A DNA stretch of 64,000 bases from assembly GCA_964518475.1 (NCBI GenBank), contig CAZFGR010000001.1, positions 46,280 through 110,279 on the forward strand, given 5' to 3'. Source of the DNA: an uncultured Nitrososphaerota archaeon. GTDB lineage: Archaea; Asgardarchaeota; Njordarchaeia; Njordarchaeales; Njordarchaeaceae. A model generated the notes under the pieces. It searched no databases and was not told where the DNA came from. It was given only the letters and a program-made list of their open reading frames with translations. How positions within the stretch are numbered: position 1 is the first letter of the stretch; each line of letters begins with the position of its first letter. Both the position numbers and the translations under genes were made by a program. This document shows positions 8,659-18,122 of the stretch, piece after piece.

Positions 8659-9570
8659 TCATTTTAGTATTGTTGAGAATGCTCTTCTTAGATGTTCTAT
8701 TGCTTGTGTTACCGTCACTCCCTCCGGTATTTTAAACCCCCCAACATCTCTTCTTCCCCCAGCCATCCAGCCTGTTTCTTCGAGGTATTGAATTACTCTT
8801 AATAGGTTTATTCTCTTTTTTCTTGTAGCGATCATGCCTTTTTTGGCGAATTGGTTTTCGTGGGCTAGAATAACTCCCACGTTTGCTTCTCTTTGTAGCA
8901 TTATTAGCGCTAATCTGGCAGCTCCTGCTTCTATCGGGTCTTGGGCTTTATAAAGTACTAGTCGTACTTTGTCGATGAGTATATCCGCGTTTTCTGTCTT
9001 TGTTTTTGCTAGTCTCTTGACCATGTCTGCATCTTTGGATTTTGCTCGTTTCTCGAACCATTTAATTATTTTGTCCCAATCACCGTTTTTGATGTCTTGA
9101 GCTATCTTGTTGAAGGGTATTTTGCCTATTGATGTAACGAAACCCACGAAGAGAGTATTTGATAATTCATTCTCCTCTATTATACCTTCTTCTATAGCGT
9201 CTATTGCGTCCAAGATCTCGTCTGGTACGTCAAGATCGAAATAATCCGAGATTAAGGAAGTTACGCTTGCGTATCCTTCATCGCAGATAACGTAGTTTCC
9301 TACTCTAGCGCTTACTAGGAATGGATTCCTACAGTGGTGATGATCTATAATGAGGCATTGATCCAGCATACTTGTAGAGCTTAATGGGACTTCAATAATT
9401 ATTGCTCTTTGAGCAGAAGTTATTCTTGAGACGAAAGCTATTGGGGCTTCGTAGATTCTGAGAATGAGACCTCCGCCAAATAATCCGTCAAGATCTTTGT
9501 GGGAGAAAATTTTTTGATAAGAGATTCTAGAAATTGTGAATGAGTCCTCAGAATTGAAAAAATTACTCAA
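8659..9570 (-). CDS. DHH-family phosphoesterase (DHH/DHHA1-like)
   Basis: SHKDLDGLFGG (motif I/II-like), LIIDHHH (DHH motif) and a C-terminal GGRRDVGGF (DHHA1 GGGH-like). At 303 aa it is too short for RecJ/Cdc45. Confidence 0.6.
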   Translation of the reverse strand: MSNFFNSEDSFTISRISYQKIFSHKDLDGLFGGGLILRIYEAPIAFVSRITSAQRAIIIEVPLSSTSMLDQCLIIDHHHCRNPFLVSARVGNYVICDEGYASVTSLISDYFDLDVPDEILDAIDAIEEGIIEENELSNTLFVGFVTSIGKIPFNKIAQDIKNGDWDKIIKWFEKRAKSKDADMVKRLAKTKTENADILIDKVRLVLYKAQDPIEAGAARLALIMLQREANVGVILAHENQFAKKGMIATRKKRINLLRVIQYLEETGWMAGGRRDVGGFKIPEGVTVTQAIEHLRRAFSTILK

Positions 9571-9581
9571 AAAATCACCAT

Positions 9582-10298
9582 TTATTTTCCTTTCTTCTTT
9601 TTAGTAGGTTCTTCTTCCTTCTTTTCTGCCCTCTTAGCCAATTCTTCTCTGCGCATTTCCTGGGCAATAATGGTTATTCTCTCTAATCTTCTCACACCTT
9701 TCTCTACTTTTATTCCCATTTCCTGAAGAAACAGTATCGTGTCTTCTTTTGTTAAGCGATGTCTTTCTGGTACTTTCGCTTTTCTTAGTCGTCTCCTCTT
9801 TACTCGATACCCTGCTCTTTCCATGCTGACGCATATGTCGAATCCCGTTGTTCCGAGCTCTGGGTCATACCTTACCCCCGGGATTTTTATGTGCTCATCA
9901 ATGCCAAAAGCGAAGTTTCCGTACTTATCTATTGATGATTCCCACACGGTATAGTCATAGACCGCAAGTACTCTTTTTAGGAAATTAAATGCTTCTTCAC
10001 CTCGAAGGGTTATTACCCATCCAATTGGTTGGTTTTTATGAATACCGAAGGGCTTTATTGTTTTCTTGGCTCTTACAAGTTTTGGTTTTCTACCAGTGAG
10101 TTCTTCGAGTATTTTCCTAGCTTTTTCTAAGGGTTCTCCAGATTGTCCGACAGAACAGTTAATAACAACTGAGTGTATTCTAGGAACCAGCATTGGGTTA
10201 GGATATCTATCAGGGTATTTCTCCAAGAGCTTCTCCATGACCTCTTTCATCGACTCTGCCAGTTTAACCGTCGTTGTTTTTGTGCTAGACATTCTCAA
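9582..10298 (-). CDS. rpl5: Ribosomal protein uL5 with a charged C-terminal extension
   Basis: NPMLVPRIHSVVINCSVGQSGE...ITLRGEEAFNFL...FGIDEHI..PG..YDP..G..GFD.. The homologous part ends near ..LQEMGIKVEKG. About 40 extra residues follow (RRLERITIIAQEMRREELAKRAEKKEEEPTKKKKGK). Confidence 0.9.
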   Translation of the reverse strand: MRMSSTKTTTVKLAESMKEVMEKLLEKYPDRYPNPMLVPRIHSVVINCSVGQSGEPLEKARKILEELTGRKPKLVRAKKTIKPFGIHKNQPIGWVITLRGEEAFNFLKRVLAVYDYTVWESSIDKYGNFAFGIDEHIKIPGVRYDPELGTTGFDICVSMERAGYRVKRRRLRKAKVPERHRLTKEDTILFLQEMGIKVEKGVRRLERITIIAQEMRREELAKRAEKKEEEPTKKKKGK

Positions 10299-10311
10299 TA
10301 CACCTCCTCAT

Positions 10312-11118
10312 TCATTGTGATGGTAAAACAAGAACTCTCTTCATGATTTCTCTAACTTCTTCTTCTGATGGTAGAGTGATCGCTGGTTTATCTTCGCCGA
10401 TTACAAGCACGTAATCTAGGGCTGTGATTATTTCTTCTCCACTTACTGTTTCAATGGTAGCTGTACTAGCCCTTGGACCGAACATTTTTGTTATCTCTTT
10501 AATAGTTCCGTGTTCTCCCATGTGTCTTCCCGCTGTTATTAAAGCGTACATTCCTTCCTTTAATCTGAAGTGTCCAAGAATTTTCTGCTCAGGTAGGGAG
10601 ATCATAAGAGAGTCTCCCACAAAGTAAGTATCTAATATTTTTCGTCGCTCCTCGTCACTACTTACTTTAAATAAAATGTTTCTACCGTCCTCAAGGTTTA
10701 ATTGGATATTAGCATTCTTGACATATCGTTTCCCAATGATCTTCACTATTTTATATTTAGCTTCCTCTGGTGTAATTCTATGTAGCACTAGCTTTCTTCT
10801 AAAAGGTAGGGTTCTGTAATACTCCTTCGTTCGCTCAATCTCTAGGACATCCATTAAACCTACGGGGAATTTGTAGTCCGTGATTACTCTTCCATCAATC
10901 TTAACTATCCTCTGGTTAAGAATGAATTTTACTTCCCTCAAAGTTCTTGCATAACCCAAAATGTCCCTAATGATTATTCCAAGAGGAATGCACCGATCAG
11001 CTGGATGGGGTCCCGGACTTGGTTTAATAGTAAACTTACCACCAACCTTTCTCGGAATGGGGAATAGCTTAGGCGCAGCTATCCTCTTAAGCTGTCTTCT
11101 CGGCCCGTGTTTCGTCAT
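10312..11118 (-). CDS. rps4e: Ribosomal protein eS4
   Basis: [14 protein letters not shown]...[58 protein letters not shown], the classic S4e N-terminal/S4/KOW pattern. Confidence 0.9.
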   Translation of the reverse strand: MTKHGPRRQLKRIAAPKLFPIPRKVGGKFTIKPSPGPHPADRCIPLGIIIRDILGYARTLREVKFILNQRIVKIDGRVITDYKFPVGLMDVLEIERTKEYYRTLPFRRKLVLHRITPEEAKYKIVKIIGKRYVKNANIQLNLEDGRNILFKVSSDEERRKILDTYFVGDSLMISLPEQKILGHFRLKEGMYALITAGRHMGEHGTIKEITKMFGPRASTATIETVSGEEIITALDYVLVIGEDKPAITLPSEEEVREIMKRVLVLPSQ

Positions 11119-11181
11119 TCTTCTTCACCTTCTTCCTCTTCTAAACTAGATTCCTCCTCTTCTTCACCGATTTCTTCTTCC
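11115..11181 (-). repeat. Acidic-tail coding repeat, copy A (uL24 3' end)
   Basis: tcattcttcttcaccttcttcctcttctaaac ... cttcttcaccgatttcttc. The first 32 nt match 13693..13724 at 31/32, and a further identical 19-mer follows. Confidence 0.65.
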
Positions 11182-11621
11182 TTACCAATTTCTTCCTCAA
11201 CCTCGGTAGACTCTTCCTCGGCTTCCTCTAGAGAAACCTCCCTAACTTTTCTCTTTCGTTCATAAGCTTTTCGTCTTTTAGGGTCAGAGAGATCTAGTTC
11301 AAGAATAGCCACGTTCCATGGTCTTAAGGGAACATATACAGTGCTTCCATCCGATCTTTTTCTGGTAACATTTTCAACGTAGATTCTGTACCTTTTTAGA
11401 TCAACTTCAGTTATTTTTCCGACAGTGCCTTTAAATTGACCCTTTCTAACAACTACTTTATCACCGACACGTACTGGGAATCTCTTGATACCATACTTCT
11501 CTACAGCTTCTGGTGCTAAGGGAGCTACCATCATTTTTTGCCTCCTGTGGAGAGGCGCGTCGTATATGAACCTTTTCCTCATCTTTCTAGGTTGCTTTGA
11601 AATCCTAGATTTTATCTTCAT
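11115..11621 (-). CDS. rpl24: Ribosomal protein uL24 with a long acidic C-terminal tail
   Basis: KOW core [37 protein letters not shown] eukaryote-like basic segment [14 protein letters not shown] is followed by about 40 acidic residues ending LEEEEGEEE. The stop overlaps the eS4 start (ATGA). Confidence 0.9.
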   Translation of the reverse strand: MKIKSRISKQPRKMRKRFIYDAPLHRRQKMMVAPLAPEAVEKYGIKRFPVRVGDKVVVRKGQFKGTVGKITEVDLKRYRIYVENVTRKRSDGSTVYVPLRPWNVAILELDLSDPKRRKAYERKRKVREVSLEEAEEESTEVEEEIGKEEEIGEEEEESSLEEEEGEEE

Positions 11622-11638
11622 GAGACAACTCCCCCATC

Positions 11639-12055
11639 TTACACAATTATCCTAGCAATCCTACCAACACTGGGCCACCTTCTGGCAGCCTCTCTCGCAA
11701 CTGGTCCATGGATCTCCGTTCCTAATGGTTCTCCTTCTGGATTTATCAAAACCGCGGCGTTATCTTCAAACTGTATCCATGTACCATCTTTTCTCCGATA
11801 AGGCATTCTCTGTCTTATAATCACGGCTCTAACGATGTTTTTACGCATTTTTGGCGTGCCCTCTTTGACTACGCAAACTACTACGTCTCCGATAGATGCT
11901 CTCGGAATTCTCCTCTTCCTGCCTTTGTACCCAATCACAGCAATGACTTGTAGGACTTTTGCACCCGAATTATCAGCACATATTAGCTTAGTCGTAACAT
12001 TGATACCAGGTGTCCCTTTTATTTTTGGGAAAGTAGCTGCTTTTCTCTTGGGCAT
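11639..12055 (-). CDS. rpl14: Ribosomal protein uL14
   Basis: [52 protein letters not shown]. Confidence 0.95.
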   Translation of the reverse strand: MPKRKAATFPKIKGTPGINVTTKLICADNSGAKVLQVIAVIGYKGRKRRIPRASIGDVVVCVVKEGTPKMRKNIVRAVIIRQRMPYRRKDGTWIQFEDNAAVLINPEGEPLGTEIHGPVAREAARRWPSVGRIARIIV

Positions 12056-12129
12056 TATGATCTCCTCTCAAGATAAGAGTATCATACATCCTTAGTGAGT
12101 AGAATTTTCAACCCGAAAAGCTTAATAAA

Positions 12130-12477
12130 TTATCTCTTTTCCTCTTTTTCACCAGCTCTTTTTACCACTTGAACAACGACAAATTTCACAGTTTTTGCTA
12201 ATGGCCTTGTCTCCATTATCCTAACTATGTCTCCTTCTCTAGCATCGATACAGGGAGGGTTATGAGCCTTAATCTTTGATGATCTCTTCTCATACCTCTT
12301 GTATTTCTTATCTCTCCATAGATAATCTATTCTAACGGTTACCGTTCTTTGCATCTTATCAGAAACTACTACTCCTTCCAAAATTCTTCCACGTACTCTC
12401 AGGCTACCATGAAATGGACAGTTTTTATCATCACATTTTGTTGAGGGTTCTGGGAAAAGGCCTGCCAATACTCTCAC
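12130..12477 (-). CDS. rps17: Ribosomal protein uS17
   Basis: [39 protein letters not shown]...[29 protein letters not shown]. Confidence 0.9.
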   Translation of the reverse strand: MRVLAGLFPEPSTKCDDKNCPFHGSLRVRGRILEGVVVSDKMQRTVTVRIDYLWRDKKYKRYEKRSSKIKAHNPPCIDAREGDIVRIMETRPLAKTVKFVVVQVVKRAGEKEEKR

Positions 12478-12752
12478 CGTCTCCTACCAAGCTTTATCAA
12501 CTTTCTTAATCGATTAACTAGCAATTCACCCCTCACAATTATTTTAGTTTTTTCATCATAATAGATTTCGAAGACACAATTACCTTTAGGTACTAGTATT
12601 CTTTTACCATTGTTCTCTTCTATTTCCAACATGTTTCTAGTCTCATAAGTTATTATACCCTCTCTTCCCACCAGAGCCTCGTCTGTAGAGTCAATTATCC
12701 TGATTCTTTTCCCTAGTATGTTACCAAAGAGCCTCTTAGGGATTTTTTTCAT
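12474..12752 (-). CDS. rnp1: RNase P protein component 1 (Rpp29/Pop4)
   Basis: 92 aa in the conserved slot between uL29 and uS17. [47 protein letters not shown] matches the Rpp29 Sm-like pattern. Confidence 0.8.
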   Translation of the reverse strand: MKKIPKRLFGNILGKRIRIIDSTDEALVGREGIITYETRNMLEIEENNGKRILVPKGNCVFEIYYDEKTKIIVRGELLVNRLRKLIKLGRRR

Positions 12753-12754
12753 CT

Positions 12755-12952
12755 CTATATTTCCCCTAATTCTCTCATGATAGTCAATATTCTAGCAATG
12801 TCTCTCTTGATACTCTTAATCTTTCCAGTTTCCTTTAAAGCTCCTCTCTGTTTCCTAGTTAACATCGTTATTAAGGCTCTCTTCAGCTTCAGTAGTTCTT
12901 CTCTTCTTTGTTCTGGTTTCATTTTTCTTATATCATCGGGCTTCAGCGGCAT
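12755..12952 (-). CDS. rpl29: Ribosomal protein uL29
   Basis: 65 aa, MPLKPDDIRKMKPEQRREELLKLKRAL..; the position between uS3 and Rpp29 is conserved. Confidence 0.85.
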   Translation of the reverse strand: MPLKPDDIRKMKPEQRREELLKLKRALITMLTRKQRGALKETGKIKSIKRDIARILTIMRELGEI

Positions 12953-12955
12953 GGC

Positions 12956-13696
12956 TCACTCACTCTCCTCCTCAAATATTTCAGGAGCTCGCACTTCTTC
13001 TAAAGCAAGCATGGCTTTTTTGGCTTCTTCCTCAACAACTTGTTTGAATTTCTCTATGTCCCCACCCACATGCTCTAAAGGCTTAACTGTTATCCTATCC
13101 GGTAGTTTAGCAGTCGGCTTAACAATTGTTACTCTAACCCCAATAACACCAGTCTTTACTAGGATAGATGCTTTACCCACATCAACGTATTTGTAAGCGG
13201 GGTCGCCCGAGTGAACCAATAAGCCTTTAGCAAATCTATACTTCTTGGCACGTCTTTTCTGCAGTTTTCCCTTTACCCTTATTTCTACTCCGAGCGCTCC
13301 CTCTTGAAGAGCTTTGTTGATAACGCTATAAGCTATTCTTCTTACAGAGACTCCTCTTCCGATAGCTCGAGCAATTTCTTCTGCTAGTAGCTGGGCATTC
13401 AAAGTCGCATCTTTTACCTGTTCCACATTAATCTTCACATTCTCAAGTTTAAACCTCTCGCTAATCTTCCTCATTAATTCACGTGCTCTCCTGCCACGGG
13501 GACCTATTACTATTCCTGGATTCTTTGCATAGATAGTTATCTGATAACCACCTAGAGATAGGGGCGAAACATCTACTCCTACATACCCAGCAACTACCGG
13601 CAATTCTTCTTTAAGAAATTCATGAAGCTGAAGTCTTAGCAACATTTGCTTCAGAACTCTTTTGTGGAGAGTACCCACAACGTGCGATATACTCAT
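12956..13696 (-). CDS. rps3: Ribosomal protein uS3
   Basis: KH-domain region (..ITIYAKNPGIVIGPRGRRARELMRKISERF) plus a uS3 C-terminal domain (GRGVSVRRIAYSVINKALQEGALGVEIRVKGKL). Confidence 0.9.
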   Translation of the reverse strand: MSISHVVGTLHKRVLKQMLLRLQLHEFLKEELPVVAGYVGVDVSPLSLGGYQITIYAKNPGIVIGPRGRRARELMRKISERFKLENVKINVEQVKDATLNAQLLAEEIARAIGRGVSVRRIAYSVINKALQEGALGVEIRVKGKLQKRRAKKYRFAKGLLVHSGDPAYKYVDVGKASILVKTGVIGVRVTIVKPTAKLPDRITVKPLEHVGGDIEKFKQVVEEEAKKAMLALEEVRAPEIFEEESE

Positions 13697-13764
13697 TCTT
13701 CTTCACCTTCCTCCTCTTCTAAACCAGCTTCCCCCACCTCTTCTTCTTCACCGATTTCTTCCTC
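13693..13764 (-). repeat. Acidic-tail coding repeat, copy B (uL22 3' end)
   Basis: tcattcttcttcaccttcctcctcttctaaac ... cttcttcaccgatttcttc; near-identical to 11115..11181. Confidence 0.65.
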
Positions 13765-14334
13765 GGTTTCAGAAACTTCCTCTTCCACCTCTTCTTCAAC
13801 ACCCATTTCTTCCTCTCCTTCTTCGCTAACCATCTCCTCTGGAATCTCCATAACAACTACTTCCACATTAGTGCATCTCTTTATTTTCCATCCTCTGAGA
13901 AGACCTGGTCCCCTTCGATCAGGTCTCCTTCGAATAATCCTACCTTTATGTGCTACCATCCAAATTATTCTAAGACGCCTCTCATCCAGACCTTTATTTC
14001 TTGCATTATTAAGTGCATTCTCCAATACTTCGAGAATATATTTTGCTGCCTTGTATGGATATCTTCCAGCGGCCCATTTCCAGTCATGCAATTCTTTCCT
14101 GTGCCCGACATTCCCTTTAAATCTCTTAAAAGGCACTGCTGCTTTCTGCTCCATTACCGCCCTTAAATACCTAATTGCTTCATGCAGATACATACCCCTC
14201 TCCATAATCGCGTTGCATATCTCCCTAGCGTGTTTCCACTTAATAGGGAGCTCGTGTCCTCTTGCAAGCGCTATCCTCGTGGTATCTGGGAGCTCATGAA
14301 TAGGAAACGAGTAACCAGACCGTCCTTTAGCCAT
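13693..14334 (-). CDS. rpl22: Ribosomal protein uL22 with a long acidic C-terminal tail
   Basis: MAKGRSGYSF..ARGHELPIKWKHAREICNAIMERGMYLHEAIRYL..VPFKRF.G.VGHRK. The ATG at 14334 is the likely start (the track starts at TTG 14352). The roughly 55-aa acidic tail ends LEEEEGEEE, and the stop overlaps the uS3 start. Confidence 0.85.
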   Translation of the reverse strand: MAKGRSGYSFPIHELPDTTRIALARGHELPIKWKHAREICNAIMERGMYLHEAIRYLRAVMEQKAAVPFKRFKGNVGHRKELHDWKWAAGRYPYKAAKYILEVLENALNNARNKGLDERRLRIIWMVAHKGRIIRRRPDRRGPGLLRGWKIKRCTNVEVVVMEIPEEMVSEEGEEEMGVEEEVEEEVSETEEEIGEEEEVGEAGLEEEEGEEE

Positions 14335-14478
14335 TTCAGTAAACCTCAACACTCACTCGTTAATGCATTATAAGTTAATCACTTGCAGTTTGGATGCTAT
14401 TAAAAATTATTTCTCACAACTCACTCTTAATTCTTAATGAAAGTCATTAAGAACAGTTTTTCTCTACTTCATAACCAA

Positions 14479-15585
14479 TTATTTAAGCCACGGTATTATA
14501 AGTGTTGAGTGAAAATCAAAGTCGCCACCTACATATTTACCCAAGCCCCTAGGTATCATTGAAAAAAGAATATCAGTAAGTATTCCTAGGTTTGAAAAAG
14601 TAACCATAATTCGCTTCATATGAAGCATTATCCTTAAATGATTACCAAGGATCCTTCTCCACACCCGTTCATAATTTTCGAGAGAAAATTCTCCCTCTGT
14701 AGATATGTAACGATCGATTATTCCAGCCGCTATCTTAGCGCTTAAACCCCCCATAACTACTCCGCCCCCAGTAGTGGGCTTTGTTTGACCAGCGGCATCC
14801 CCTACCGCAATTATTTGCCCCCACACCATTCTTTTTAAAGGAGGCCCACTCACAACAATTCCTCCAAAAGTCTTTATTATTCGCATTTCTCCTAGTCTAC
14901 GCTTAGCAAAACGTTTTATGAAATAGAGCATTCTATTTCCAAGAAAATTGCTGGCAACACCAACTCGATATGTTTGATTATCTAACGGAATTACCCATGA
15001 AAAGAAGTCTGGAACGTTAAAATGAATTTCCACAAAATCGCTTTCTAGTTTTCTTCTACTTTTAACATCGATTTGTATTGCTGGTAATAGGCCCGCCAAG
15101 TAAACTCCAGGGAAATTTCTTATAAGAGCTCTCCTCGCCCCTTCTGCATCCACCACTACTTGAGCCCTAAACTTTTCCAGTGACTTAGTAGCGACTAGTG
15201 TACCATCGGGATATATTTCGTTGATCCTGATACCAAGCCTACCAATTCCTCCCTCTGAGACAAACTCTGTATACAATAATTTATCGATGCCCTCTCTATC
15301 AATGACCCAAGCCACTGGTTTAGCATAGTGTATTTCAAAATATTTCCCTCTTTTCGAAAAAAACCTCGCTCCTCTAATCTCATTAATAACAAGTCCTTCT
15401 CTCAGTACCTTATTTCTAAGACCTAATCGTTCTAGACCACTTATCCCCACTAATCCAGCACAATGCGGGGGAAAACCGATCTCTTTATGTTCCTCAAAAA
15501 TCACTACCCTATATCCCTTCTTAGCTAGTTCAGATCCTACAAAATTTCCAACGAAACCAGCACCCACTATTGCCACATCAAACAT
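14479..15585 (-). CDS. FAD-dependent geranylgeranyl reductase family oxidoreductase
   Basis: N-terminal Rossmann FDVAIVGAGFVGNFVGSELAKKGYRVVIFEE, plus ..AVGDAAGQTKPTTGGGV (GD motif), typical of the archaeal GGR family. Confidence 0.7.
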   Translation of the reverse strand: MFDVAIVGAGFVGNFVGSELAKKGYRVVIFEEHKEIGFPPHCAGLVGISGLERLGLRNKVLREGLVINEIRGARFFSKRGKYFEIHYAKPVAWVIDREGIDKLLYTEFVSEGGIGRLGIRINEIYPDGTLVATKSLEKFRAQVVVDAEGARRALIRNFPGVYLAGLLPAIQIDVKSRRKLESDFVEIHFNVPDFFSWVIPLDNQTYRVGVASNFLGNRMLYFIKRFAKRRLGEMRIIKTFGGIVVSGPPLKRMVWGQIIAVGDAAGQTKPTTGGGVVMGGLSAKIAAGIIDRYISTEGEFSLENYERVWRRILGNHLRIMLHMKRIMVTFSNLGILTDILFSMIPRGLGKYVGGDFDFHSTLIIPWLK

Positions 15586-15702
15586 TCTCAGACTCCCAAC
15601 TCACTTTAATCCATGTACCGTCCTCCAAACCAACAATCAGCAATAATTAATTAAAGTAAGTACCTCAACATCATAGAAAAGCTTTTATATGAGATTTCCT
15701 TG

Positions 15703-15722
15703 GTAAGCCTATGTAGGCTTAC
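15703..15722. promoter_or_regulatory. Perfect 8-4-8 palindrome downstream of a TATA-like box; candidate operator of the Tfx-like operon
   Basis: GTAAGCCT atgt AGGCTTAC at 15703..15722. A TTTTATAT box sits at about 15684..15691. The expected TSS falls inside the palindrome, and the ATG of the HTH gene is at 15740. Confidence 0.35.
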
Positions 15723-15739
15723 TCAATACCGGTGTTGGC

Positions 15740-16204
15740 ATGTCCTTCATGCACGGCTACTTGACTCCTAGGCAAAGAGAACTATGGTCCTTGCTCATAA
15801 AGAAAATCAAGCAAAAAGATATAGCTAGGATTCTTAACATTACGAAACAAACTGTCAGCAAAAGTGTTTTTATTATTGAGAAGAAAATAGCTAGGGCCCT
15901 ATACGAAGCCGCTAAACTCAATAGAATTATTATAAAAAGAATGGAACCTTTGAAAGGCATACTCCTAGGGTATAGTCCCGAATTCAAGACAGAAGTGATC
16001 ATCTTTCTATCACCTAAATATGGTTTACAGATTTGGTACAGAATCGAGCACTCCTGCAAAGATTGCTATTTCTACAACGAATGCAAAAAGATGCTCTTAG
16101 ATGAAATCCAGCTACGGGGAATAAAGCTTCGTGAAGAAGAAAAGTCACTGGAACCAAGCAAGCTAGCAGAGCTCTTATTTAACCATTTACTAGGAGAAGA
16201 TTGA
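15740..16204 (+). CDS. tfx: Tfx-family HTH DNA-binding protein
   Basis: LTPRQRELWSLLIKKIKQKDIARILNITKQTVSKSVFIIEKKIARAL resembles the Tfx/LuxR-type HTH (LTERQ..VL.LR..G..Q.EIA..L.T.R.NVS..E..A). The size, 154 aa, fits Tfx. Confidence 0.55.
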   Translation: MSFMHGYLTPRQRELWSLLIKKIKQKDIARILNITKQTVSKSVFIIEKKIARALYEAAKLNRIIIKRMEPLKGILLGYSPEFKTEVIIFLSPKYGLQIWYRIEHSCKDCYFYNECKKMLLDEIQLRGIKLREEEKSLEPSKLAELLFNHLLGED

Positions 16205-16205
16205 G

Positions 16206-18119
16206 ATGTTTAGTAGTGTATTATTAAGGAAAAATTACTGCAGATTATTCTATGTATTGAAAAGGATCAGTTATTTCCATAACATGTCTAAGCTAAAAAA
16301 GTTAATAACACTCTCACTCGTGTTGCTTATTTTCACCTTCTCCATATGCAGTGGGGCTAGGGGAGCAGCCCCAGATGTAAAAAGAATTGTAATAACTTAC
16401 AAAGATATGACTGGAAATGGGTACTTAGTATATAAGGAGAATGGAAATCTCACACAAGAAATATGTTTATTTGATTCAAGAGACCCTTATTATGCAAATA
16501 GACTAGAAGGGCCAAAAGGAACAGGATTATTACAATTCTTTAAGAATAGCAGTGGATTTTTCGTTGAGTTTAATGATCTAATCGAATTTGCGGGGTATAC
16601 TGATCCCTTCCCTATAAATTCCACAGTATCTTTCAGTCTTAAGATAAAAATTCTGCAAGGTACTTCCGTTCTCTCCGTTACCATTGGTGAACATAAGCTA
16701 AATGTTTCTCTATCAGCCCAAGATAAACCAGATGAAAAAGTCATCAACCTAACTTTTTTCGAACCTAAAAGCGCCAGTGAGTACTTCTTTGAATTAAAAC
16801 GATTTATTATTGTTTTAAAAAGCATAAGTGAGAAAACCAGAATATTTCTAGAGCAGGCAAGAGTATTTGCACATACATATACACCGTTGGTACCTATAAG
16901 ATTCTCGTATTATGATGTATCGGGTATCCGGATTGTCGCTAACACAAGTACTGTGAGAAATAATACTCTATACCTGTTAGGAACTTTTGGTCTCTATCTA
17001 CACCTAGATTATCGTTTAGATAAACGTAAATCTTCTATTTACGTCATATATCCAGCAGACATTATTTACGTAGACCCTAACGGAATAATCAACAATATTT
17101 CTATCGGTATTGATGCATGGGCCTATCCCCCCGTATTAGCAATATCACAGCAAATAACTGTGCCTAGTGAGAGAGGGCTAATCATTGATGCGTATATTCC
17201 ATTCTCAAAAATAGACCTATCTGTAGTTTATCTCAACCATTATCCAGCAGAAATAGAATGGCTCGATGCCGAGTATTATGATGAAATAAGCGTTCTAGGT
17301 TACGTAGCTAGGGAGATAATGACTAGATATGATGAAAAAATCCTCCTATTATTGCCAGGGAAATACCGCATATATCTCCACACACCAACGAGTTTAGGAG
17401 GATCTCTTTCATGCACCTTTACGGTAAACGTCGGGAATAAAAACATGGCGATCAGTATCGTGTTTAATGCGTTCTATATTAACGGTCTAGTTTTGCGTAT
17501 AGAGGAATTCCTACCAATATTAGTTAGTATCCTATTGGGATGCTTTTTATTAGTAGCTCCTCTCGCATTTTCGGACACTAGAGAAATGTACTTACAAGTA
17601 CTAAGAAGACCACTTTTTTATGCCATAATATTCCTACTCGTGTCAAGTTTTCTACCCTCCATAGGCGCTACTTATTTTAATAAGTATATCTCGCAAACAG
17701 AAGAAATAATGATAGTCGATCTATTCACCATTATATTATCTAAGAAAACAGGCAGTATCGTATACAAAATCGAATTCTACTATGTAACCTCCCTCTATGG
17801 TATTTTTCTCGCGATTTTTTGGCTTTTTTATCCTCTAGTAGTCATGTTTCGTGAAATTCTAAAACCTACTCTAGAGCTAAATGTTGCTCGCCTAAAGAGA
17901 ACCCTAACATTATCGCTCGTCGCAAAGATTATCTTCCTATCCACATTAGTAACTCTCCTTTACACTAATCCATATGGCAAGATCTTAGCTAGTTACCCCG
18001 GACTAGGTATTTTCCTATACGGATTATCAATCATACCGGTGCTTCTAGAACTTAGAAGAAGCCAAAAAATCAGGAAGATAACTTCATACTTAAAGAGAAA
18101 TAAATCGTCTATTATGTAA
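16206..18119 (+). CDS. Hypothetical membrane protein (signal/anchor, large extracytoplasmic domain, C-terminal multi-TM region)
   Basis: 637-aa ORF starting 2 nt after the Tfx-like gene. The likely start is M27 (MSKLKKLITLSLVLLIFTFSICSG, about 16284). It has several NxS/T sequons and at least 5 hydrophobic helices in the last 220 aa. Confidence 0.5.
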   Translation: MFSSVLLRKNYCRLFYVLKRISYFHNMSKLKKLITLSLVLLIFTFSICSGARGAAPDVKRIVITYKDMTGNGYLVYKENGNLTQEICLFDSRDPYYANRLEGPKGTGLLQFFKNSSGFFVEFNDLIEFAGYTDPFPINSTVSFSLKIKILQGTSVLSVTIGEHKLNVSLSAQDKPDEKVINLTFFEPKSASEYFFELKRFIIVLKSISEKTRIFLEQARVFAHTYTPLVPIRFSYYDVSGIRIVANTSTVRNNTLYLLGTFGLYLHLDYRLDKRKSSIYVIYPADIIYVDPNGIINNISIGIDAWAYPPVLAISQQITVPSERGLIIDAYIPFSKIDLSVVYLNHYPAEIEWLDAEYYDEISVLGYVAREIMTRYDEKILLLLPGKYRIYLHTPTSLGGSLSCTFTVNVGNKNMAISIVFNAFYINGLVLRIEEFLPILVSILLGCFLLVAPLAFSDTREMYLQVLRRPLFYAIIFLLVSSFLPSIGATYFNKYISQTEEIMIVDLFTIILSKKTGSIVYKIEFYYVTSLYGIFLAIFWLFYPLVVMFREILKPTLELNVARLKRTLTLSLVAKIIFLSTLVTLLYTNPYGKILASYPGLGIFLYGLSIIPVLLELRRSQKIRKITSYLKRNKSSIM

Positions 18120-18122
18120 TTA

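Noticed and set aside
9634-9834. 66-aa ORF overlapping the uL5 3' region, checked as a possible hidden uS14
   Set aside because: It is out of frame inside uL5 and lacks the uS14 CxxC...CxxC zinc motif and any uS14-like sequence.
13646-14299. 217-aa plus-strand Ser-rich ORF, and the 72-aa and 63-aa ORFs, over the uL22 gene
   Set aside because: These are the antisense reading of the poly-Glu tail (GAA/GAG read as TTC/CTC gives S/F/L-rich peptides) and of the uL22 core. They are not credible genes.
14373-14387. 15-nt repeat agttaatcacttgca shared by the leaders of rpl22 (14373) and the DUF123 gene (19254)
   Set aside because: A single 15-mer match is within chance expectation for a 64-kb AT-rich sequence on both strands. 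The spacing to the start codons differs (about 38 nt versus 0 nt).
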